Shown: piece after piece, positions 44,123-52,571 of the stretch
How positions within the stretch are numbered: the stretch's first letter is position 1
How the letters are laid out: every line of letters begins with the position of its first letter
Assembly: GCA_028712355.1 (NCBI GenBank)
Contig: JAQTQH010000001.1
Location: 9,864 to 73,863, forward strand
Direction of reading: 5' to 3'
Source of the DNA: Dehalococcoidales bacterium
GTDB lineage: Bacteria > Chloroflexota > Dehalococcoidia > Dehalococcoidales > RBG-16-60-22
DNA length: 64,000 nt
Program-made: the position numbers and the translations under genes
The notes under the pieces: model-generated
Told to the model about the DNA's origin: nothing
The model's database searches: none
What the model saw: only the letters and a program-made list of their open reading frames with translations

Positions 44123-44895
44123 CCCAAAGTCAGGACCAGCCCCACCGGGCAGTGGTCGGAGCCCATCACCTCCGGCAGGATAAAGGCGTCCTTCACCGCA
44201 GGTAACAAATTCTCACTCACGAAAAAGTAGTCTATTCTCCAGCCCACGTTCCGGGCGCGCGCCCCCGATTTCAGGTCCCACCAGGAATACTGGGCCGGCT
44301 CCGGATGGAACCGGCGGAAGGTGTCCACGTAGCCGTGGCTGATGAATTTATCCAGCCAGGCGCGCTCTTCAGGCAGAAAGCCGGATATTTTTGAGTTTTC
44401 TTTCGGACGCGCCAGGTCGATTTCCTGGTGCGCCGTATTGAAATCGCCGCAGATGACCAGTTTTTCGCCCGCTGCCTTCATGCTATCGGCAAAATTCAGG
44501 AATGCCTCGTAAAAGTCCATCTTGTATTTCAAACGGATAGCATCCTTCTTGCCGTTGGGAAAATAGATATTTAATAGCCAGAAGCCGGGGTGCTCGGTGA
44601 TAAGAACCCTCCCCTCAATCTCGATAGCCGCCGCCCCGAAATCATACCGGACACTGAGCGGCTTTTCTCTCGTAAAGTTTACCACACCGCTGTAACCCTT
44701 CCGCTGCGGTGAGTTCCAAAAAGTATAATAGCCCGGCGGCTCTCTCAAGTCGGCGTCAAGCTGGTCCAGCTGGGCTTTCGTCTCCTGGAGACAGAGTGCA
44801 TACGGCGACTCGCGGGTAAGCCATTCTAGAAAACCCTTGTTCCGGACCGAGCGTATACCGTTAACGTTCCAGCAGAGCAATCTGACCTCTTTCAT
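44119..44895 (-). CDS. xth: Exodeoxyribonuclease III
   Basis: LLCWNVNGIRS, LQETK, GDFNTAH, SDHCPV motifs. ATG 44895 follows a GGAGG RBS; the ORF track gives 44919. Confidence 0.93.
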   Translation of the reverse strand: MKEVRLLCWNVNGIRSVRNKGFLEWLTRESPYALCLQETKAQLDQLDADLREPPGYYTFWNSPQRKGYSGVVNFTREKPLSVRYDFGAAAIEIEGRVLITEHPGFWLLNIYFPNGKKDAIRLKYKMDFYEAFLNFADSMKAAGEKLVICGDFNTAHQEIDLARPKENSKISGFLPEERAWLDKFISHGYVDTFRRFHPEPAQYSWWDLKSGARARNVGWRIDYFFVSENLLPAVKDAFILPEVMGSDHCPVGLVLTLG

Positions 44896-44975
44896 GATAA
44901 ACCTCCGAGCCTGCGCCACCGATTCTCCCCATTATACAACGGAGCAAAGAGGATTTGTTTTTGAAAGCCTGCCAA

Positions 44976-45031
44976 TTGACTTCCCGTATTAACGTTTGTA
45001 TACTTGTATTATTAGTACCAGTACAAGTATA
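44976..45031 (+). promoter_or_regulatory. Candidate promoter plus 10-bp inverted repeat operator upstream of and overlapping the regulator start
   Basis: TTGACT (44976-44981)-17 nt-TATACT (44999-45004). Inverted repeat TATACTTGTA (44999-45008) / TACAAGTATA (45022-45031) spans the -10 and ends at the first base of the ATG at 45031. Confidence 0.45.
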
Positions 45032-46176
45032 TGATTGAGATAACTTTCCGCTCTGACACCGCAATTTACGGCCAGATAGCCGACCATCTCCGCCGGCAGG
45101 TCGCGCTGGGCAAGCTGCAAGCCGGTGACCGCCTGCCGGCTATCCGGGAACTCGCCCGCGAGTATAGTCTGAATCCGGGAACGGTCGCCCGGGCATACTA
45201 TGAACTTGAGAGGGAAGGAATCATCAGCACCCGGCGGGGCGGCGGCAGCTTTGTCTCCGCCGGCGCCAGCACCAGGCGCCTTGCCGAGCAGCAGCAAAAG
45301 CACCTGGAAACTACGGTGGAAAAAGCGATTCTGGAAGCCCTCGGGCAGGGCTTTGCCGTCGAGGATATTGAGTCAGCATTCGTCACCCGCCTGGCGGACT
45401 GGCGGGAGCGCCGCCGCCAGACTGGCAAAAAACCGGCGTCCCCCGTTGCGCAACCTGTCAGCCAGATTCGTTTTTACGGCAGCCACGACCTGGCTATCGA
45501 ATTGCTGGCAAGCCACATGGGGACCGTCTACCCCGCCCTGAAATTCAGCACGTCTTTTGTGGGCAGCCTAGCCGGGATGATGGCGCTGGCTTTGCAGGAG
45601 GCGGATATCGCCGGGGCTCACCTGCTCGATACCGAGAGCGGCGATTTCAACATTCCCTTCATCCGGAAGCTCCTGCCTAACGACATTGTCGTGCTCATGA
45701 ACCTGATGCAGCGCACGCAGGGATTAATCACAGGGAAGGGCAATCCCAAGAAAATCCTCAACCTGGGAGATTTCCAGCGCCCCGGCATTACGATGGTCAA
45801 CCGCCAGAGCGGCTCCGGGACACGGGTCTGGCTGGACGCGCATCTGCTTAATTTGGGAATCTCTCCTCTCGATATTAAAGGGTACGAGAATGAGGAGACC
45901 ACTCACGTTGCGGTGGCGGCGGCGATAGCGCAGGGGCGAGCGGATGCTGGCATCGGTACGGAATCGGCGGCATACGTCGCCAGTTTGAACTTCATTCCCC
46001 TGTTCCGGGAGCGCTACGACCTGATTGCGCACGAAACCACCTTCGCCCAGCCAAAGCTTCAGAAGATACGCGATACCGTGCTCAACCAGAGTTTTCAGAA
46101 AATGCTGCGTACCATGCCCGGCTATGACCTTACCGATACGGGTAAAATAACGATAATTTCACCGAAAAATAAGTAG
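45031..46176 (+). CDS. GntR-family wHTH fused to a periplasmic-binding-protein-like (oxyanion-binding, PF12727-type) domain; putative tungstate/molybdate-responsive regulator
   Basis: N-terminal LPAIRELAREYSLNPGTVARAYYELEREGIISTRRGGGSFV. C-terminal GSHDLAIELL ... NRQSGSGTR ... IGTESAA blocks typical of the PBP-like domain. Immediately upstream of tupA. Confidence 0.7.
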   Translation: MIEITFRSDTAIYGQIADHLRRQVALGKLQAGDRLPAIRELAREYSLNPGTVARAYYELEREGIISTRRGGGSFVSAGASTRRLAEQQQKHLETTVEKAILEALGQGFAVEDIESAFVTRLADWRERRRQTGKKPASPVAQPVSQIRFYGSHDLAIELLASHMGTVYPALKFSTSFVGSLAGMMALALQEADIAGAHLLDTESGDFNIPFIRKLLPNDIVVLMNLMQRTQGLITGKGNPKKILNLGDFQRPGITMVNRQSGSGTRVWLDAHLLNLGISPLDIKGYENEETTHVAVAAAIAQGRADAGIGTESAAYVASLNFIPLFRERYDLIAHETTFAQPKLQKIRDTVLNQSFQKMLRTMPGYDLTDTGKITIISPKNK

Positions 46177-46181
46177 AAAGG

Positions 46182-47225
46182 ATGAATATCATGATCAATC
46201 TCAGCAAACGAAAATTCAGAACCATGGCTACAAGCTCAACGCTGCTGGTCGTCCTCGTCCTGCTCCTCAGCCTGTTCGCAGGCGCCTGCTCCCCGTCACC
46301 TGCATCCCCCACCACCCCGGCGGCGACCACTCCACCCGTGGCCACGACACCGACCGCACCACCGACAACACCGTCTTCTCCAGCCACTACCCCGGCGCCG
46401 ACGACACCCAAGCCGACCGCGACAGCGACGCCGGCACCCACCGCGACTGCCGCCGTCCCGAAGCCGGCTAATCCCGAACTTATTCTCGCCACCACCACCA
46501 GCACTGCAGACACCGGCTTGCTGGATGCTATCCTGCCCATGTTCGAAAAGAAGACCGGCTACAAAGTGAAACCCATCGCCGTGGGTTCTGGCCAGGCGAT
46601 GACCATGGGCGAGCGCGGCGAAGCCGATGTCCTGCTGGTGCATTCGCCGGACGCCGAGCTCAAATTCATCCAGAACGGACACGGCATCAACCGCCGGCTC
46701 GTCATGCACAACGACTTCATCATCATCGGGCCTTCTGGCGACCCGGCTGTTATCAAGGGAGCGAAGTCCGCCATCGAAGCACTGACCTACATCGCCGGCT
46801 CAAGAGCCATTTTTATCAGTCGCGGCGATAATTCCGGCACCGACGCCCTTGAGAAAAAGCTCTGGAAAACTGCCGTCATCGACCCCAAGGGGCAGACCTG
46901 GTACCAGGAGACCGGGCAGGGCATGGGCGCCACGCTGAACGTTGCCGCAGAGAAGCGGGCTTATACCATCACTGACCGCGGCACCTACCTCAAGACCCGG
47001 AAAAACCTGAACCTCGATATCCTGGTCGAAGGTGACAAAGTCCTGCTGAACGTTTATCATGTTATCGAGGTCAACCCGCAGAAATCGGACAAGATTAACG
47101 CCGCAGGGGCGAAGGCTTTCTCCGATTTCATCGTCAGCACGGAAATCCAGGAGTTCATCGGCAAGTTCGGCGTCGATGCCTATGGCTTACCCCTGTTCTT
47201 CCCCGATGCCGGCAAACCGGAATAA
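46182..47225 (+). CDS. tupA: Tungstate ABC transporter substrate-binding lipoprotein (TupA-like) with long Pro/Thr linker
   Basis: Lipobox LFAGAC, a ~60-aa PT-rich tether, TTTSTADTGLLD anion-binding motif, and an adjacent permease and ATPase. Confidence 0.75.
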   Translation: MNIMINLSKRKFRTMATSSTLLVVLVLLLSLFAGACSPSPASPTTPAATTPPVATTPTAPPTTPSSPATTPAPTTPKPTATATPAPTATAAVPKPANPELILATTTSTADTGLLDAILPMFEKKTGYKVKPIAVGSGQAMTMGERGEADVLLVHSPDAELKFIQNGHGINRRLVMHNDFIIIGPSGDPAVIKGAKSAIEALTYIAGSRAIFISRGDNSGTDALEKKLWKTAVIDPKGQTWYQETGQGMGATLNVAAEKRAYTITDRGTYLKTRKNLNLDILVEGDKVLLNVYHVIEVNPQKSDKINAAGAKAFSDFIVSTEIQEFIGKFGVDAYGLPLFFPDAGKPE

Positions 47226-47234
47226 TGTAACATT

Positions 47235-47333
47235 CCTCTCTCCCCAACACGGGAGAGGTGATAGTGAGGGGGCTCTATAGCAATACACAGCGATTTCACC
47301 CTCACCTGACCTCTCCCATCAAGGGGAGAAGAG
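47235..47333. repeat. Inverted pair of family C units in the tupA-tupB intercistronic spacer
   Basis: 47235-47271 CCTCTCTCCCCAACACGGGAGAGGTGATAGTGAGGGGG. 47297-47333 is its near reverse complement (TCACCCTCACCTGACCTCTCCCATCAAGGGGAGAAGAGG). Confidence 0.65.
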
Positions 47334-47350
47334 GTAATTTTCGTTAATCT

Positions 47351-48049
47351 ATGGACCTAATTGTTGAAGGCATCATTCAGGCGTTTGTCCTGCTCGTTCA
47401 CGGCGACCCGGAAGTCATGCGGGTCGCCGCCCTGTCTCTGGGCATCTCACTTGCCGCGACGGTCATCAGCCTTTTCATCGGCGTTACGCTGGGCACGGCT
47501 ATCGGCCTGACGCGGTTTTACGGACGGCGCTTTCTGGTCAGTCTCATCAACACCGGCATGGGCGCGCCGCCGGTCGTCGTCGGGCTTATCGTGACCATCA
47601 TGCTGTGGCGCAACGGCCCGCTGGGGGTGTTGCACATCCTTTACACACCATACGCCATGGTCATCGCCCAGTGCGTCATCTCACTGCCCATCATTACCGG
47701 CTTCACCATGGCATCCATCCAGCAGGTCAACCCCAAGCTTAGGCTCCAGATTCTCGCCCTGGGGGCATCGCACGGTCAGCTGCTCTGGCTGCTGCTCCGC
47801 GAGACCCGACTGCCCCTGCTGTCGGCGGTGATGGCCGGCTTCGGCGCCATCATCTCGGAAGTGGGCGCCTCCATGATGGTCGGCGGCAACATTACCGGGC
47901 AGACGCGCGTGCTCACGACGGCGATTGTCATGGAAACCGGCAAGGGCGACTTCGGTCTGGCATTTGCCTTAAGCCTCATCCTGATGGCGCTGGTCTATCT
48001 GGTCAACCTAGTGCTTACCTTGATTCAACAACGGAGCCGCCCCCGATGA
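47351..48049 (+). CDS. tupB: Tungstate ABC transporter permease
   Basis: 232 aa, 5-6 TM. EAA-like loop (ALGASHGQLLWLLLRETRLPLLSAV). Confidence 0.8.
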   Translation: MDLIVEGIIQAFVLLVHGDPEVMRVAALSLGISLAATVISLFIGVTLGTAIGLTRFYGRRFLVSLINTGMGAPPVVVGLIVTIMLWRNGPLGVLHILYTPYAMVIAQCVISLPIITGFTMASIQQVNPKLRLQILALGASHGQLLWLLLRETRLPLLSAVMAGFGAIISEVGASMMVGGNITGQTRVLTTAIVMETGKGDFGLAFALSLILMALVYLVNLVLTLIQQRSRPR

Positions 48050-49137
48050 ACCAGGCGGTGCTGGAAGCCCGCCAGTTATCCATGGTGCTGGGCGAGCGGC
48101 AGGTCTTGCAGATACCTTCTTTCCAGGTACTTCCCGGAGAGACGCTGGTGATTATGGGGCCGAACGGGTCGGGCAAGACCACCCTCCTGCTCTGCCTCGC
48201 CCTGCTGCTCAAACCGACGGCAGGAAGCCTGGCTTATCACGGAACTACCGTCAAAGACGCCGCCGCCGAACTTCAACTGCGCCGCCGTTTCGCGGTTGTC
48301 TTCCAGGAGCCGCTGCTGCTGGACACCACCGTATTGAAGAACGTCACAATGGGGCTGCACCTGCGCGGCATTGATTCTCAAGAGGCAAAGCAAAGGGCGA
48401 TGGAATGGCTCGGGCGCTTCGGCATCGCGGCGCTGGCGGAGCAGTCGGCGCGGACTCTCTCCGGTGGGGAAGCGCAGCGGGCGAGCCTGGCGCGCGCGCT
48501 TGCTTTGCAGCCGGAAGTGCTCTTCATGGACGAGCCTTTCGCCAACCTGGATGCGCCTACCCGCCAGGCCCTCATCGAAGATTTTGAGAGGATTTTACGT
48601 GAGACGAAGGTCACTACGGTCATGGTCACTCACGACCGTAATGAAGCCCTGACTTTAGCCAACCGCGTGGCGGTGCTTATCGAAGGAAACCTACGCCAGA
48701 TTGGTCTGCCGCACGAGGTCTTCGCTTCGCCTACCGACGAGGGGGTTGCCGGATTCGTCGGTGTGGAAAACGTTTTGCCCGGCGTGGTCAGCGCGCAGAG
48801 CAAGGGGATTGCCACAGTTACGGTGGAAAATCAGAAGATAGACGCCGTCTCCGAGCTACCGGCGGGCAGCCGCGTGACCGTCTGTCTTCACCCCGAGGAT
48901 GTTACCCTCGCCCAGCCTGCCGTAGAAGCCACTACAAGCAGCGCCCGCAATCACCTGACGGGCACGGTAATTAAGGTTTTTCCTATCGGCTCTCAGGTCA
49001 GGATAACCATCGACTGCGGTTTCCCCTTAATCGCCCTGATTACGCGGCGTTCTTTTGAAGAAATGGGGCTGGTGACCGGTCAAAACATAGTTGCCTCTTT
49101 CAAAGCATCTTCCATTTACCTTATCCCTCATCGCTAA
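48046..49137 (+). CDS. tupC: Tungstate ABC transporter ATP-binding protein with C-terminal TOBE/Mop domain
   Basis: Walker A GPNGSGKTT, signature LSGGEAQR, Walker B LFMDEPF. ~120-aa C-terminal TOBE-like extension. 4-nt overlap with tupB. Confidence 0.85.
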   Translation: MNQAVLEARQLSMVLGERQVLQIPSFQVLPGETLVIMGPNGSGKTTLLLCLALLLKPTAGSLAYHGTTVKDAAAELQLRRRFAVVFQEPLLLDTTVLKNVTMGLHLRGIDSQEAKQRAMEWLGRFGIAALAEQSARTLSGGEAQRASLARALALQPEVLFMDEPFANLDAPTRQALIEDFERILRETKVTTVMVTHDRNEALTLANRVAVLIEGNLRQIGLPHEVFASPTDEGVAGFVGVENVLPGVVSAQSKGIATVTVENQKIDAVSELPAGSRVTVCLHPEDVTLAQPAVEATTSSARNHLTGTVIKVFPIGSQVRITIDCGFPLIALITRRSFEEMGLVTGQNIVASFKASSIYLIPHR

Positions 49138-49224
49138 GTATCACCCATTTAGAAGTACCTATTGACAAGTTGCCTGATTAGGTATGAGATTAAATTATAC
49201 TATTCTTTAGCGAGGAGAATGACC

Positions 49225-49434
49225 ATGAAACTCAGTGCACGGAATATCCTCAAGGGCAAGGTAAAGCAAATCAAGGTAGGCGCAGTCAATACCGAGGTAA
49301 CTCTCAAACTGGCAAGCGGCGTAGAAGTCGTATCAATCATTACCAAAGAGTCCGCCGAAAACCTGGGTTTAGCGAAAGGTAAAGAAGCCTACGCCGTTAT
49401 CAAGGCATCCAGCGTGATGATTGCGGTGGACTAG
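49225..49434 (+). CDS. mop: Molbindin (Mop/TOBE single-domain molybdate/tungstate-binding protein)
   Basis: 69 aa from ATG 49225: MKLSARNILKGKV...VVSIITKESAENLGLAKGKEAYAVIKASSVMIA. GAGGAG RBS. The ORF-track start at 49162 is unlikely. Confidence 0.85.
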   Translation: MKLSARNILKGKVKQIKVGAVNTEVTLKLASGVEVVSIITKESAENLGLAKGKEAYAVIKASSVMIAVD

Positions 49435-49448
49435 CCGCGAGTGCGCCC

Positions 49449-50378
49449 TCATGCAGTGTCCGAGGTAAACGCCAGCACCTCATCTATCGATGCGGCGTCA
49501 CAAAAAAGCATCACCAGCCGGTCCATGCCCAGGGCGATGCCGCCGCAGGGAGGCAGGTGGGATAGTACTTCTAAAAAATTCTGCGGTAACGGTACAGTCT
49601 GTCCCCGTTCCTTTTCAATCTGCGCCGCTTCAGCGGCAAAGCGCCGCTTTTGCTCAGCGGCATCGCAGAGTTCCGAGTAGGCGTTCGCCAGTTCCAGTCC
49701 GCCGGCAAAAACCTCGGCACGTTCCGCAACGGCAGGGTCGCCCGGCTTGAGCCGGGCAAGGGAAGCCATCGGTGCGGGAAATTCGGCAAGCACGGTGGGA
49801 CCCCCGGAGGAGAAGGATGGAATCACTCTGGTCACCAGGTCAGTATCGAACTTCAGCGGATCGTGCTGCGCCACCGGGTCCCATCCGACAGTTTCCCGGA
49901 AAGCCTCCCGGACTGTAATTTGCAGCCAGGGCAGCGAAAGGTCAATTTCCTGCCCCTGATACTTAATCCTGCTGCCGAGTCCCAGTCCCTGCGCCACATA
50001 GTTAATGAGCTCTCCGGTATCTTCAACCATCCGTCGGTAATCACCGCCGGCACGATACCATTCCAGTATGGTGAACTCCGGATTGTGATGCCGCCCCCTT
50101 TCCCCTTTGCGAAAACAGTGGATAATCTCGAAAAGCCTGTCGTAACCGGCGGCAAGCAGGCGCTTCAGGTGCAGCTCCGGAGAGGTACAGAGGAACCAGC
50201 CTTCGCTGAGCAGCGGTACGATGTTTGCCTCGGGGGCAACGGCGGGAAAACGCAGAGGAGTCTCAACTTCAAGGAAGCCCTGTTCTTGGAAAAATTGGCG
50301 GGTAAGTGCGAAGATGCGGGCGCGGCGTACGAGGTTATCCTTTATCCTGGCCAGCCGCGCCTGTTCCCCAGATGCCAT
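49449..50378 (-). CDS. epmA: EF-P lysine beta-lysyltransferase (EpmA/PoxA/GenX; class II LysRS catalytic-core paralog)
   Basis: 309 aa. Class II aaRS motif 2 (FRKGERGRHHNPEFTILEWY) and motif 3 (GIALGMDRLVM), with no anticodon-binding domain. Directly abuts efp. Confidence 0.85.
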   Translation of the reverse strand: MASGEQARLARIKDNLVRRARIFALTRQFFQEQGFLEVETPLRFPAVAPEANIVPLLSEGWFLCTSPELHLKRLLAAGYDRLFEIIHCFRKGERGRHHNPEFTILEWYRAGGDYRRMVEDTGELINYVAQGLGLGSRIKYQGQEIDLSLPWLQITVREAFRETVGWDPVAQHDPLKFDTDLVTRVIPSFSSGGPTVLAEFPAPMASLARLKPGDPAVAERAEVFAGGLELANAYSELCDAAEQKRRFAAEAAQIEKERGQTVPLPQNFLEVLSHLPPCGGIALGMDRLVMLFCDAASIDEVLAFTSDTA

Positions 50379-50945
50379 CTATTTCTTGCCGGTGACGCGC
50401 TCGACGTAGGTGCCGGTACGGGTGTCTATTTTAATGACGTCACCCTCTTTAATGAAGGCCGGCACGCCGATAGCGGTGCCGGTTTCCAGGGTTACCGGTT
50501 TATTTTGCGATACCAGGCTATCCGTTTTGGTGGACGCCGAAGTTTCCACAACCTTGAGCTCGACAAAATTGGCAATGTTTACCGCAATCGGCGCCTCGCC
50601 CATCATCTGCACCACGGCGGTCGTACCTTCCTTAAGAAACTTCTCCCGGCCGCCCAGCCTCTCTTCAGGAATGTGGTACTGCTCGAAGGTTTCCGTATTC
50701 ATGAAGACGTAGCTCTTGCCGTCCTGGTAAAGATACTGCATCTCATAACTGCTGACTTCGACCTCTTCCACGTCATCACCGGAATGGTAAGTCTGCTCCA
50801 TCACGGTGTTTTCTTTCAGATTGCGCAACCTTAAACGGTAAACGGCGCGCCCCTTGCCCGGCTTCATGAAGTCCACATCGTCAACATTGAAGGGGATGCC
50901 GTTCAGCAGCATCTTGGTATTCCGGCCTACGTCTTCTATTTTCAT
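50379..50945 (-). CDS. efp: Elongation factor P
   Basis: 188 aa. Modified-loop KPGKGRA (Lys31) and three OB/KOW-like domains. Confidence 0.95.
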   Translation of the reverse strand: MKIEDVGRNTKMLLNGIPFNVDDVDFMKPGKGRAVYRLRLRNLKENTVMEQTYHSGDDVEEVEVSSYEMQYLYQDGKSYVFMNTETFEQYHIPEERLGGREKFLKEGTTAVVQMMGEAPIAVNIANFVELKVVETSASTKTDSLVSQNKPVTLETGTAIGVPAFIKEGDVIKIDTRTGTYVERVTGKK

Positions 50946-51102
50946 CTAAAGTATGCTCCTCAATAACTCCATCTGACTTGATTTGATTGATACTACACGA
51001 TATTATAAGATTTCTGGAGTTTATTGTACATAGCGGTACAGGCGGGACTTTATCAGCTATTGGGAGAAAATCGGTCTCCGCAGCGTATAGATTGGCAGGC
51101 AA

Positions 51103-51131
51103 TTGACAAGGGTGACCTAACAGAGTAAAAT
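51103..51131 (+). promoter_or_regulatory. Candidate promoter of the TRAP operon
   Basis: TTGACA-17 nt-TAAAAT. Implies a ~185-nt leader before the TTG start at 51324. Confidence 0.45.
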
Positions 51132-51323
51132 ATCCGAAATAGTTAAAAATAGACGGCGGAAAAACAAGAGATACCGCTTCGGAGATTCAAATCACACGGC
51201 ACGTCAGTGAAGTGGCAGTGCCTGTCTTTTAGTCCTTTAGTCATATTGAGAAGGGAGGTGAGAGGGCAGAGAGATAACAAATATTATTGCAAAACGTTCA
51301 CAAAATCTCTTGAGGAGGAAAAG

Positions 51324-52511
51324 TTGAAAGGAAAACTGATTAAATCTATTGGTATTATTATTGCCTTAGTACTGGTCGCATCGCTTTCATTGATTGCCTG
51401 CCAGCCGGCGGCGCCCGCCACCACCACCGCCCCGGCCGCAACCACTCCGGCGGCGACTACTCCGGGCGCGGTAACCGCTACAGCGACCACCCCGGCCGCC
51501 ACGAAGCCTGCCACTACCACCCCCGCCCCGAAGCCGGCGGCCACGGTAATCAAGTGGAAATTCCAGACCCATGAGGGCCCAGATCTGGTTAACTCCACCA
51601 AGCTCCAGAAGTGGCTTGTCCCCACCCTCGAGGCCATGACCGATGGCCGCTTCACGATGGATATCTTCTATACCGGCGCAATCCTGCCCAACGAAGAACT
51701 GGTTGACGGCGCCAACAAGGGCGTTATTGACGGCTTCGATATCAGCCAGGGTTATTTCTCCGGCGCTAAGAACATGGGCTGGACGATTGCCGCCGGCATT
51801 GAGCCTTTCATCGAGAAGACCGGCATCGAAATCTTCGAGTTCCTCTGGGACTGGGAAGGCGGCAAGATGGAGAAGTGGCATCAGAAGCAGTGGGACCCGT
51901 TCGGCATTCACTTCTTCACTTCCGTACCGGCTAACGGTGTTGGCCTTATCTGCTCCAAAGATATCACCAACCTGGCGGATGTCTCCAAGATTATCGTCCG
52001 CACGCACAGCGGCGCGGCAGTCTTCTGGGAGCAGCTTGGCGCCCGTACCACTTACATCCCCGGACCGGAAATCTACACCGGCCTCCAGCTCGGCACCGCT
52101 AATGCCGCCACCTGGAAATCGGCTCAATCCTTCAAGGACTGGCACTGGGAAGAGGTCGCCAAGTACCTCGTTATGCCGGCCCCGCTACCGTGGGCGGCCC
52201 ACCAGTCTTATAGCAGCATTAATGCCTGGAACAAGCTGCCCAAGGACATCCAGAATTGCATGACCATCGCTTTCCGCGAGTTCGCCCAGCAGCACCACCG
52301 CAACTACGTGGACCTCGACGAGAAAGCCGCCCAGGAAATGGCTGCCAAGTCCGGCGTTAAAGTAATCCGATGGACCAGCGCGGCGGACATGGCCAAGCTG
52401 GAGGCAGCTAAAATGTACGTCATGGACTGGATTTCCAAGAAGGATGCCAGCGGCGCGGAATACATCAACCTGTGCAAGGACTATCTCAGATACAAGGGTT
52501 ACATACAGTAA
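51324..52511 (+). CDS. dctP: TRAP transporter substrate-binding lipoprotein (DctP-type) with Pro/Thr/Ala linker
   Basis: TTG start 5 nt after GAGGAGG; the ORF track gives 51207. Lipobox LSLIAC and a ~50-aa PAT-rich tether, followed by a solute-receptor domain, then dctQ and dctM. Confidence 0.8.
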   Translation: MKGKLIKSIGIIIALVLVASLSLIACQPAAPATTTAPAATTPAATTPGAVTATATTPAATKPATTTPAPKPAATVIKWKFQTHEGPDLVNSTKLQKWLVPTLEAMTDGRFTMDIFYTGAILPNEELVDGANKGVIDGFDISQGYFSGAKNMGWTIAAGIEPFIEKTGIEIFEFLWDWEGGKMEKWHQKQWDPFGIHFFTSVPANGVGLICSKDITNLADVSKIIVRTHSGAAVFWEQLGARTTYIPGPEIYTGLQLGTANAATWKSAQSFKDWHWEEVAKYLVMPAPLPWAAHQSYSSINAWNKLPKDIQNCMTIAFREFAQQHHRNYVDLDEKAAQEMAAKSGVKVIRWTSAADMAKLEAAKMYVMDWISKKDASGAEYINLCKDYLRYKGYIQ

Positions 52512-52571
52512 CTTAAGTTCAAAGTGGGGTGGCTTCGAAGCCACCCCACTTTACCCCCTGAAGGAGCCAGT

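Noticed and set aside
49441-49680. 79-aa ORF on the + strand after mop.
   Set aside because: It lies fully inside epmA on the opposite strand, has no RBS and is Ser/Ala/Arg-rich, so it is a shadow ORF.
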